This document shows positions 26,615 through 39,275 of a stretch of 64,000 bases of DNA, piece by piece (positions within the stretch are counted from its first letter, which is position 1; every line of letters begins with the position of its first letter). The stretch lies in the NCBI RefSeq assembly GCF_009914755.1, contig NC_060935.1; one strand, given 5' to 3'. The stretch is from the human T2T-CHM13v2.0 reference genome, Homo sapiens. A model generated the notes under the pieces. It was not told where the DNA came from and did no database searches. It saw only the letters and a program-made list of their open reading frames with translations. A program made the position numbers and the translations under genes.

Positions 26615-26850
26615 TATTATTGAATACTTACTATGTGCCAGGCACAGGCTTATGGATGTTGGACTCGCTAACACATATAATGCTCACAACTCTAAGAAGG
26701 AGATATCATTACCATAATTACTATCCAAGATTACAAATGAACAAACAGAGACATGGAGAGCTCAACTCTTGCCTGGGCTTATGCAGATTTAAAAACATGA
26801 CAGGAGGTTGAACCTGGACAGTCTGACTTTGAGCTCATGCTCAACCACTG
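26615..26850 (-). mobile_element. MIR SINE
   Basis: attgaatacttactatgtgccaggcac...ttacaaatgaacaaacagag...cagtctgactttgagc. Confidence 0.75.
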
Positions 26851-26864
26851 AACATCACTTCTTC

Positions 26865-27690
26865 TTCCAAATCAGTAAGAAAAGAACAAGAACAACCCAA
26901 AAGAGAAAAATGGGTGAAGGGTTTGAACAGGTAATTTGCACACACAAACATACAAAAGAGATACAAATGTATAATTAGGCTATGCAAAGATACTCATCCT
27001 CACTAGAAATTAAAAAAATGCAAATACCAACAATAATAAGATATTTTCTCTTATTGTATTGAAAAAAATTTTAAATGGACAAAACCCAGTGTTAGAGGTG
27101 TTGTGAGGATTTGGACAATCTTAAGTGCTATTAGGGAGAGTTGTCATATCATTTTGGGGGCAGTTTGGTACTATGTATTAAATATAAAAGTGTTTACTCT
27201 CTGAATCAATGAGTCCACTTCCAGGTTTATCATAAGTAGAAAATTACAGCGGTATAAAGAGATGCATACTCAAGGATGTTCATTAAAGTATCATTTATAA
27301 TTGTAAAACAATGGGAACATTGAAAATGCCTATCAATAGTGAATTGGTAGAGCAAATTATTGGAGATCCTTACAATAAAACACTAACCCTTAAAGATAGT
27401 GATGAAAATGAAGAGACTTGAATGCCATTTTTCATGAAACAGAATAATAGAACGGCATGTATAGTATCCTATAGCCTGGACAGTATCCTACAATGCCCAT
27501 TGTATAGTAGGGTATATCAATGTCTATATGTGAAAGGGAGTATTCTGAAAGGGAGGTCACTAAAAAGTAAGTGGTAAGTGTCTTCAGGTCTGAGAGAGTT
27601 TTTTTTTTCTCTTTTTTGGGGGGATTTCACATGTTTGAATTTTTACATGGAAAATATGTCATTTTTATAAAAAGAGTAAATATATTTAGT
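26865..27690 (+). mobile_element. Old L1M (L1ME-like) 3' region
   Basis: A-rich; aacaacccaaaagagaaaaatggg...tactcatcctcactag...aaatgcaaat...aaggatgttcat. Confidence 0.7.
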
Positions 27691-28454
27691 TAAAAATAAA
27701 CTACCTGTACGATATCAGCTGTGGCATCTCACTGAGTCTCCTGGAAGGCTTTGCGTTTCTTTAGAGCAGCTTTTTCACACTGCAGGTTAAAACCCATGAC
27801 TGCTTGTGAAATCAGTTTGGTAGGTTATAGACAGCATTAAGAAACAAAAAAAAATGTATAAAATTGAGCATTACCTTGTGAAATAATAATAATTTGATAA
27901 ATACGTCTGTAAGTCCCATTTGTGAGGTAAAATGCTATCCTTTTCTAGGGCCAGGAGCCCTGCTTTGGAGTTTGCTAAAGATGTCCTTCTGAGCAGCCAG
28001 GTTCCCAGGGTACACTGAGGAGCCCCTCCACCCCTTGAAGTAAGGAACACAGGGGCCCGCAGGGATGCTGGCTTTCTCCTCATGGCTTACGGCGTCCACA
28101 CTGGCACTCACATCTCGCTCTTTCTCCTTTCTTTTATCCAGGGCATTGGATGAGCTGTGCTTGTTGAAACTGTAGGATAGAAACACAGCTTTCCATGCCC
28201 ACCAGCTTGCTGAGGGCCGTGCTGCTGGCACCACAGAGCCACACCCTTGTGAATGTTTGAGGAGAATGTGCAGGGCCCCCTTGTGAGGTTCTGTGGAGGA
28301 TTCTTTAGTGCTTCCTCTGGACTGAATTTAACATTATGTTGATAATGATTCAAAAGAAGGGTATAGACAGGGAGACCATGTATAGCAATAAGACTAATGA
28401 CACTACTCATAAAACACTTTATAACTCAAATGCAATATGACCACTGGAAAACGT

Positions 28455-28977
28455 TTTATTAATTATGTTTTTATTTTCTGTATTTTATGATGCCCTTGAG
28501 GACCCAGAGAGAGACTGCCTCTCCCAGGGTTTGCTCATTCCTGGAGATCACCAGCAACTTGCCTGCCAGCAGGTCTTTGATATGCAAACCCACCAGGCTG
28601 GAGCGCCCGTGATCAGGATCCTGCAGTCTGGGACACTATCTCCCTGCCCTAATCATCTCAGGGCCAGGTGCCGGGCAGCTAGAGACTGCCCGTGTAACCA
28701 GAGCCTTCTGGAATCCCAAACTACCCAGGCCTGAGCCTGCCCAGCCCTCCCCCTGCCTCCCCATTCCTTTTCACCACTCCCAAGGATTTTGCCCAAGTTC
28801 TCCTCTCGTCCCCACCCCTGACTGACCTGGTGCTTCTCCACATGGCCCTGAGCGGGGTGGTATGGACTGCCCCTCCTCTTGGGAACTGTAACAAACTATC
28901 TTTTCAAAGACAAGCGTCTCCTGATCTGTTGGCCTTGTCGTGTCCAATTAAAATAAATCCTGGGTACATTTTAAAAT
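28455..28977 (+). mobile_element. MER74-like ERVL LTR
   Basis: tgtttttattttctgtatt...gactgcctctcccaggg...atatgcaaacc...cctcctcttgggaactgtaa...aataaatcctgggtacattttaaaa. Confidence 0.75.
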
Positions 28978-30949
28978 CAGGGTCAGTCACCTCCAAGCTT
29001 TCAAAATTCCCAGATTATTCAGAAATATGAACAGCAGGCTCAAGTCACTGAGGATTTACATCCTCATTTTGCTAACAGATTTAAGACCACAGAGAACTTA
29101 TTCTGTGAGCAGAGGGGCCACCTGGAGGGTGAATGGCATTTAAAACACACCATAATAAAGTCCTGGGATGGGATAGTCATGGCCTTAATGTTTCCTATGA
29201 GAGTTAAGAGGTCTGGATGAAGATGCTCTTCTGTGCTGCCTATTTGCAAGAGCGCTCATTTGTGGCCCCGAATGCAAGGTGAGAATCACCTCTGCCTGGG
29301 ATGAGTTGGGAATGGAAGCGACACCCTCTAGATAATCATTTCTCACAGGCCTCTTGCTGAAGGTGCTCGGCCTCCCGATGCCCTTTCCTATCACAATGAG
29401 CACATACCTGGAGCTATGTCATGCATGGGCTGTGTGTACTCTTTCACGGAAAAGCTTCTCATCTTCCTTGCCAAAGGATGGTGTAAAAACTTTCAGGCCA
29501 GTTCACACCAGGGAGAGTCTATGCTGGACGCATTCATGCTGCTAGAACAATTCGACAACAGGAAATTGTCAGCTGATTTCTTAAGCTCCCGGGAGCTTAC
29601 GAGGGGAGTCCAGGATCCCTCCTTCTGGATTCAAGCACTATACCAATTCACTTACAAAAGAGAAATGCTCTAGGAGAACAGGAGTTATGTACTGAAACAT
29701 CACAGCAAACAAGGTAGTCAGCGCTTTCCCATGTCTGTGGGCTGGTCCTAGTGGCCCTTAGGAGGAGATGCTTGGTGGATTCCGTAAGTGCCCTGTGAAG
29801 CTCTCCTGTTTCCAGGCATGGCATGCTGGATCTGCTGGGGCAGGAGGGGTGGGTGGAGTGGAGACCATATGACACTGTATATGCCTATGCCTAACAATAG
29901 AACTTCTCTAGACCCTGATTTCCTGAATTTTGGGAGAAGCCATATTTCAATTACGTCTCAATGATAGGTGAAGTAGGGTGGTTGTAGGGAAAAACACATG
30001 TTGAGAATTGTCCCAGCAAAAAACAACCCCTGACCTGCCCTCCCAGTGTCAGGCCTGCATTCTCTCTGCTCCGTAACTGCCCACATGTATGGGGGGCTTA
30101 CCAAGTGCTTAGTTCCACCCATGTGTCGCCTCTTCAGTCCTTACAGTGACTGTGTCAGGGTTATTATTACAGCTTATTAGCATGGAGCCTTACCCAGAGG
30201 TTGAAGAACTTATCTGAAGTAAGCGCAGTGAGAGTAGGGTATGGATTTGAGCCTGGTATGTGCCACACTGAAGCTCACACTCATAACCCAAACCACATTG
30301 CCCCAGTGGCCCCATATCCAGCCAAAATTCACCACGGGTTCCTTCTACACAGTGAGCGGGAGGGTCAAATTAAAAGATTTGTTACAGTTTGTTACAGTTC
30401 CCTTCTGGAAGCAATTCAGTTTCAAGCATGTTTTCCTCTCCGCAGAGGCAGCCATGACTGGCCACTTCATGTGCTCCTGGAGAAGGGCTTGCACCAGCCG
30501 TTTTCAGGAAAGTCAAGCAGCTGTTGACTCCTGAGTCTGGGTGAATTTGTGTGAAGAGCATAAGGCGCTGTTTCTTAACCAAAACGCTTCCTCTTGCAGT
30601 GCAGATGGGATGTGCTTCTCCACAGGAGGCCCCACGGCTTCCCCACCCCTCAGAGGAGCGCCGTGCGTGCGTCTGTGTGGAGGATTGGCAGCTCCTGCAG
30701 TCGGCCCTTGGTCCTATTTGGCGACGCCTCTGCCTTCCCCTTAATTATACAGTCATGAGCCGCCCTGGAATCACGGCAGCTCCGGATGGATCCTGGATGC
30801 CAGAATGCAGCCTCAGCACGGGGCTGCAGGACAGGAGTGAGCGAGGGGCTGCAGAGCCGGCGGCCGCGGTGGGCACCATGGAGGGGGCTGCCCTGGGCAG
30901 CACGGGCATGAGTCTCAAGGCCCAGGTTTGAGTAACAGGTGTTGAGAGC

Positions 30950-31105
30950 TTACTTACTTTTCCTGAGACACAGTTTCCTCATCTCGAGAGCACGGAAAAT
31001 CATTCTAACTTCAGAGGATTGTTGTGAAAGTTAAATGAGATTAAAGAGGTAAAGCCCATGACGTGCTTAGCTCGTGCTTGGCTCTTGGTCAATGCCAGTT
31101 AGCGC
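30950..31105 (+). mobile_element. MIR SINE
   Basis: cagtttcctcatct...aggattgttgtgaaagttaaatgagat core. Confidence 0.75.
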
Positions 31106-31629
31106 TGCATTTTCTCCCCTCTCCCTCCCTCCTTCTCTCTTTCTTTTCTTCTATTCTCCATTCCTGTTTTCTCCCCCACCCCACTCCCCAAAGCTCTGCG
31201 TTGAGAACCAGATGCTGTCTGGTGGGTTAGGGCCAGAGGAGGAAAAGCTGCCCGCCGTGGGCTGCACCCATACCCTCTTCATTCCAATGACATGAGGGGA
31301 GGGGAAAGGACAGAGGTAGACTGTCCTCCCCTACCTCCTCCTAATACAAATGGAATTCCTGGAACTGGAAAACAAAGAATACCCCCATAAAAATAAGACA
31401 GTACTTCTGGTGCGGTGTAATAAAGGGGAAAGTAACCCTCAATGTCAGGAAACTCCGCACCTCCCAGCTCATATTTGTGTGGAGGAAAAGTTAAATATTA
31501 ATTTGGACTCAACTGAATGTGGACACAAACAATGGTCACCAAGTCCCGGAACAGGTTGTGTGAGCCTCTTCAGGGGTTCATCCAGCGCTGTTTTGGAGAA
31601 ATCTCTATTTCAATTTATTCCTATACGTT

Positions 31630-32431
<802 letters not shown>

Positions 32432-33152
32432 TGAATAAAATTGATGAGCTTCGCCAGTTTCTGGTGCCCATAAAGTTGTTGCTTTTCATTACCAAGGTTA
32501 ACAGCCTGCTGGTGATGCGGCCTCTGGCAGAGAGCCTACAGGGAGTGGGACTGGGCAGATGCTGCTCGCTGGGGCAGAGGGGAGGTGAGGAGGAGGTGCT
32601 CACAGCTGACCTGCATGCCTCTGCCTGGCCCTGGGACCCCAAACTCCTGCTCCTTTCTCCTCGCATTCTGCCAAGCTCCCCCTGTGTTTGACCTCCGGCT
32701 TGAAACTTCCTTCTCTGATGACTCCTGAGCAGGCAGTGTGAGCCCCAGCAGTATCCTCCTAGCACCTGAGCACAGAGTCTGTGCCTGAGCAGAGTGTGAC
32801 AAAGGAGGCGACCGGGTGATGCAGCACAGTGCAGCGGGCTTGGGGCCGGGAAGGTTTTCTGAAAGGTGTGATAGTTAAGCGTCTAGGCTGGGAACTGCAG
32901 GATGAGTAGGAGTTAGTCCAGTGAGATGGAGTGGGGGTGAGGAGGAAACCTTCATGCAGGGGGTGTGCAGCTGCACACGCCTTGTTCTGAGCCCAGGAAG
33001 AGCACGGTGTTGAGGTGCTGAGCACTGGGGGACAAGCTGGAGGGGGCACAGGGGCATCTGTGACCTTCTCCGGGCCTTGGGACAGATTGCTGCAGAACTA
33101 GGGCCTCCTCCATGTCTCTTTTGCGTCTTTTCTCACAGGACATCCCTCTAGG

Positions 33153-33374
33153 CAGGGGATTGGCAAACCAGGCCCTGCTGGCCAAAGCCAGCCTGTTGCC
33201 TTTTTGGTAAATAAAGTTTTGTTGGAATACAGCCATGTTCTTTCATTTACACATTGCCCATGGCTGCTTTTATGCTGTGATGGCAACATTGAACACCTGC
33301 AACAGAACCCGTATGGCCTGCAAAGCAAGAATGTTTACTATAAGGCTCTTTACAGAAAAAGCAGGTTGATCCTG
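33153..33374 (+). mobile_element. MER58A (hAT-Charlie) MITE
   Basis: caggggattggcaaac...gtaaataaagttttgttggaatacagccatg...tatggcctgcaaagc...ctttacagaaaaa...cctg. Confidence 0.85.
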
Positions 33375-33789
33375 CTCTAACCTCTGCCTGCTGCTTGCAG
33401 CAAACCTTCCTCATCTGGGCCTCAAATATTTCTGTCCTTTATTCTGGTGCTTTGAGTCTATCTGTAGCTCAGGGTAAGGTGTTGAGAATTAGTAAGATTA
33501 CAAACTGCAAAAGCAAAGGTTTGGCTGTTAGAATACTTATGTTTCGATCTTGGCTTGACCTAGTCATTAGTGATTATATAATAATAATAATGCTACTAGT
33601 AATAGTAGTAAATGCAGGAATAGTTTCTATTTATCCAGCAATTATTATGTGACAAGTTTGGAGCTGGACTTTTAAAATATATTATGTCATTTAAATTCTC
33701 ACAAAGAAGTCTTGGATATAGTTTTTTTTTTTATCCCCATTTTGCAGATGCTAAAATTGACACCAAAAGCGTAGGTGATGAGCTTGAAT

Positions 33790-35560
33790 CAGGTAAGAAT
33801 TATATTCTACTTCCAGCTAAAGAAGAGGATATAGAAGATCAATAGCTTAAACAAAACAGAAGGTTTGTTTCTCACCCTTCCTGTAATAGAAATCTGGCAA
33901 TGAGCAAACATGGTAGTATTTATATTCTGAGTTCTTGTCACATTATTTTCATTTTCAGGTCTTCTCATGGACTAAAACAGTGACAGTGAGTGCAACTCTA
34001 CCTATCATGTTCATATTCTAGGTAGAAACTGGGGAAAAGAGAAAAGGCGGGAAAAAGGCGTTTCTCTACAAAGATCACACATAATCTTCTGTCTGCATCT
34101 CATTGGTCGGCATTTAGTCACATGGCCATAACTACCAGCAAGGGAAGCTGGGAAATGTAGTTTTTCAATGGCACATTGCTACCCTTAATAAAATAAGGAT
34201 ATGCTACCAACAAAGAATGAATATGGGAAAGGCCCCTAGCAATGTCTGCTGCATCTGCCACTGTGGTTTTCTCTGATTTCCACAGACATTGCTCTTCCAC
34301 ATAGAGCGCATTCTGATTCCCAAGCCACCACTCCCAAATCACACCCAGTTTCTGCATCTAGCTTGTGTGTGGGCAGTCTGCTCCATCAGTCCCAGATGTG
34401 GCTTCTCATGGCTGGTGACCTATGAACTAAAAGACAGGCCATTTTTTTCCCAACCTACCCTACCTTTTCTCCTTGAGAGGAAAGATAAAATAACCACAAT
34501 TTAAAAATGTCAATCTTCCATTCAGAAAAGGGAGGAAAGAGAAACACAGAGATCACTGGTTTACAGTGATGGACCCACCCTGCTAGGCAGGAGTGAAAAG
34601 GCCTCTCCGTCCGGCAGTGGACTGGGTTCCTTGGCTGGCCCATGTGGTCCCCACCCACTGTCTCCAGGAGCATCGCCTTGAACTGTGTCTTCATGGCTTT
34701 TGGCTCCGCCTTCAGAAGGGTCCTCCCTGTCAATCATCCTCCATTGCCACCTCTGATGTGGGCACTAGGGAGCTGGTCCTTCCCAGAGGATGCATGATTT
34801 TGACACCGTGCAGTGTGGGATGTTGGACCAGGGAATCCAGCATATTTTCGGGCTTTTGTAGTCTCAGACTGGGCCTGAGATTTCTTTAGAAATATATTAA
34901 CGGTTCCTTCAACACTCCAATGGGCATATAGCCTATTTACTTCTGATCATTGTAATGTGCAAATAACCACAGCCCCATTTCTTTGTGTCCAGATGCAGTT
35001 TTTAGGCTTGAATATTCATCTGTTTTACTCACTGGCCTCTGTCACTGAGTCTGTCCCCTTAGCTATTAAATTAATGGTGACTATGATAACACTTTTCACC
35101 CGATCCTTGCTAGTGCATTGACTTGCGTTGTCTGCATCGAGTTCTTAAAAGATGCTTGGTAAAGTCTTGGGTCACAGTTTTAACTTCTGCTGGGGTTCCT
35201 GCTCCACAGCCCTCATTTAGAACTGTTTCACTTTGGCTATTGTTTAGCTTTGGGCCATATTTGGCTGTTTTTTAGCTTTGTAAAAATGCTCATTTAACGG
35301 ACACAAGGCCTGGGTTAGAAAATGTAGTATTTCCTTCCCCCTCTGTTTGCGTAGGAGCTAGCGCTAGTGGAAGCCCATCTCTCCCTTGCAGGATTTTGTG
35401 GAAAGTGACGAAAATAACTCAAACCACATCAGTGTTCTGCTTGATTTCCACCATTCTTGGATGCTATAACTTCAGAAAGCACATGATCTAACTTCCCAAG
35501 GGACAGCAGGGCCTCGACCAAATGCCGTTGTGCTGAGGGCTGCCGGCCGCCCCGCTAGGC
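33790..35560 (-). mobile_element. MLT1 (J/K-like) LTR plus adjoining MaLR internal sequence
   Basis: tctcattggtc...tagtcacatggcc...gcaagggaagctgggaaatgtagt (LTR), followed by tatgaactaaaagaca...ccattcagaaaagggagg (internal region); boundaries approximate. Confidence 0.6.
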
Positions 35561-37619
35561 TGCTGCACCCTCCCCGCGCTGCCCCACACCTTGCACAGAG
35601 CTCAGGCAGCATTCTAGCACCATCAGACAAATTCTTCATGAGTCAGAAATCGCACCTGTCTCTTAATAGCGATCTGGCCTCAGGTGGCTGAAACACACAG
35701 GGTTGAAATGCTGCGGTGCCTGCGCTCATTGTGCGGTGAAGCCATAGAGTCCGCGCTGAAACCCGGGGCGCCCGCCTCCTGTCCGCGCAGGCGCTGCACG
35801 CTGTCGCCGGGGCAGCTTCACTCAGCTTCAGCCTCTCCATCTGCAGAGGAGGAGTAATCCCGTGCTGCCTCATGGGGCCGTTTCAAGAAGGAAATGAGAT
35901 GTGGTATAAAGTGTTAGAGGAGTATTTAGTGTTATTATTAATGTGTTTTCTCATCTGGGAACATGATTTGCATTTTAAGCAGAACTTCAACATTTGGACT
36001 CAAAGGAGTGATGTGGATGGGGAGAATTTCAGGCATCGTGCAGGCTGGCATTAGAAATGCTCACCGGAAATGGAGCACAGGCAGCAACTTCAGCCCCTAG
36101 AATTCTTCCTCCTATGTCACTTCCGTCCCTCAAACCCTTTCTGCAGCCCCTGTCCTCTCTCCTGCAATGGCAGTGAGCAGGTGGTCTCCTGGTGTCTCTG
36201 GAAAATTCCCATATGGAGTCCTGGTTGAGATGAGCCAGAAGGCTAGGAAGGAGCCTACAGTCCCGGTGTCTCAGCGCCCAGGAGGTTTTTCTAATGGAGT
36301 TGGCATGCAGAAGCTGGGGCATACCCTGGGAGCAGCCCTGTGGCTGGATGAGGGATGGACAGCAGCACTGGGCGGGTGGAGCCGGGTGCGAGGTCCCCAC
36401 AGCCTGCCTCCCAGTCCCACTGGCCAGCCCGGGGAGGGTGCTGAAGACAGGCTTCCTCTCTGGTCAAGCTCTGGCTAGCTTGGCAAGTGCAGGCAGGACC
36501 CTGGACCTGCCATATGGTGCACATTTTGAGGACATCATTAGCAGGTTTGGAAGGTTGTGATTCTGGTTGTGGGAGAGAAGGAACCTGGGAGTTGAGCAGG
36601 TGGTGGGTGGAGCTATGCATGCAACTGAGTGTGAGGAGTGCTTTGGCCATGCTAGGGTCTCCTCTGGGCTGGAAGCCTTGTCTTCAAGAGGGTTGGGGTA
36701 GGAGGCTTTTTATTATAGTGGGAAGCCTCAAGCCTGGACCTGGGAAAACACTTTCTGGGTATGAGGAATTAAAATAAACCTTGAAGCACTATTTAGGAAG
36801 AACATAGTATCACTTCATAGATATTTTCCCCCCTAAATGGTTACAAAGTAAAATGGCAGAGGTACAAAGAGGAAAATGAAAACCACCCAATCCCTTCCCT
36901 GAGCGATGGCCCTGTTATCCTTGGGCTCTGTGGCCATCTGACCTCTCTCTGGGGACAGAAGTACATGAGGAGAGGGGCCACTTCATAAGACGGAGATGCT
37001 CTCTTCCTGTTCCCTGCCTCTGCATCGTGCTGGGGATGTCTGTCCTCATCAACTAAGAGACCCATGTAGACCGCAGCTCTGAGATCTTCTATTTTTGTAA
37101 ACAGAACAGTTTGTAGGGAGATGTGAGATGTTAGGTGGTGCTGGAGAGCCCGGGCTTTGTCTGTTTGGACAAGGCTCCATCAAGGCATCCTTTGTCCGAC
37201 GGTGAGGCATCTTGAGGGCTCTGGACCCAGAGCTGGTCCTGCAAGAGTCCTGTCTGAGAGCCCAGGCCCCACTCCACTAGGAGGGACAGGAGGGAACAGA
37301 GCAGAGCTGAGTCCCTTCACCTACCCAAACCCATACATGTTTCTAGAGCAGAGTAACTGCTTGTGAAACAGACCATCAGAGCACAGGGCAGCACCGAGCT
37401 GCGTTCTGCAGGGCTCAGTCTAGGTGATCTGGAGGGCTTGGGGAGCTGGCTTCTCCCCTCATCCAGCATGTAGCTACCCACAGCCACCTGCATTTCACAG
37501 GGCCAGTGCCTAGGGACATTGGGCCAGAAGCCAGAATTTCTTTTTTCTTTTTTTTTTTCCCCTCTAGCATTCACTACTAGCGCAAGCTAGTGCATCCCAA
37601 AGTTTTGGCCCTGCGTGGA

Positions 37620-38200
37620 TAATCAATCCACAATTTATCTTCCGTCTGTTGCCAAAGTAATTTAGCTAAAATGCAGATCTCAACTGGTCACTTCCCTGCG
37701 TAAAAGCTTCAATAGCTTTCTATCGCCTACAGGCAAAAGTCCCTCTTCTGAAAAGCGGCTTGCAAAGCCCTAGTAGCTGGCTCCATGCCCCCCAGCAATA
37801 CGTGGCCTCCTCAGACGCATCTTCTAGCAAAGGAGAGCTGCTCAGTGACATCCACAAACCGAGCTGCTTCTCACCTACCTGTTTTCCTTCTCTTTGGGAT
37901 GCCCCCCGCCCTCACCTTCTGCTTCTGGCTAACTCCTAGGCATCCTTGAAGGCTTGGCTCAGTATCCTCTCCTCCAGGAAGCTGTCCCTCACCTTCTCTC
38001 CTTTCCCTCCATCCCAGTCACCATGCACCACACCCATATCCCCATTGCATCCTGCAGCTACCTTGTGCCTGCACACGTTGGGCTGGGCATGCATCTCCTT
38101 CTCTCTCAAGACCTGGATCCCTTCACTTTGTGTCTCTGGACCCCCCAGTGTGCTGATAATGGGGTTGGAACCCATCATATTTCTCTTGAACGAGTTAATG
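37620..38200 (+). mobile_element. L2 relic
   Basis: aaaatgcagatct...aaaagcttcaatagctt...ctcctccaggaagctgtccct...ccccagtgtgctg. Confidence 0.6.
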
Positions 38201-39099
38201 ATGGGACTGCTATTTCTCTAACTGTTGCCTTGGAGGCCCTGTCACGTGCTCATGGAAGAGAGCCAGGGGGGTGGAGGTGATTCTTGTTACCCAGAGGACG
38301 CGGGGTCTGGATACACGTTTCTGCCACCTGCCATCTGCCAGCTTCTTTCTGGTTGGTAGCTTTGGAGCCTGGTGCAGCTGGGGCCAGTCCCGAGCCTGGA
38401 CTCTGCTGGGCAGTGGCAAGAGCACTGTCTGGAGCTCTCCTGAGGAGCCCACAGATCCAACTCCCTAGGCCAAGGCTGCAGCCTGGGGCAGAGATGCAGA
38501 GGCCTGGAGGAGCCTAGGGCACGCGGCCTGCGGGCTGGCTGGGGTTCAGAGTTCGTATGTGTGTGGAGTGACTGGGCAGGTGTTCAGAAATGAAGGCTGG
38601 CACTGCCAGGTAAGGCCCTTCCCTCCCTGATGTGAGAGCCCTGGAGCCACCGCAGAGGCCCAGTCAGATCTCTGTTCTAATTCTGGCCTGGTGTGGAGGA
38701 TGAGGAGAGACGGCCCAGAAAGGAAGGCAGACTGTGCAGACCCCATGTCTTCTGGCCCGCGAGGCCCTCCTCCTGTGCCTGCTTATCTTAAAGAATCCGG
38801 GATAAGAGGTGACTTGGGCCTTGGCCGGGAGGCCCCTCCTCAGCTTCAGACAAGGAGGGAGCTCTGGGCATGAGGACATTGAGCAAGAGGCGACGGCAGT
38901 GCCCACAACTTACCCTCAGCTCGGCTCTGTTGGGTCCGAGAAGTTGCATGGAAAGGGCTCCTTGGGGGCCAGTTGTCAGTAAGCTGCAGAAGCCTGGAGC
39001 CGGCCAGGAAATAACCACGTGTAGGAGCCTTCTCAGCTGAGAGGAAGGAGGACTCACGCGCGGCGAGCACATGCTTGGAGCCAGGCACAGGTTTGAAAT

Positions 39100-39275
39100 A
39101 AGCTATTTCATCTCGATTCTTATGACAAGCTCCACGTAGTTTGCTCCTATTTTACAGATGTGGAAGCTGAGGCTCAGAGAGGTTAAGCGACTTGTCCCAA
39201 ATCGCATTGTCAATCAGTGAAGGGGCTGGGATTTGAGCTAGTCACCTGCCTCTAGGTTCAGTGTGCTTTCTACTC
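39100..39275 (-). mobile_element. MIR SINE
   Basis: cctattttacagatgtggaagctgaggctcagagaggttaagcgacttgtccc core. Confidence 0.85.
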
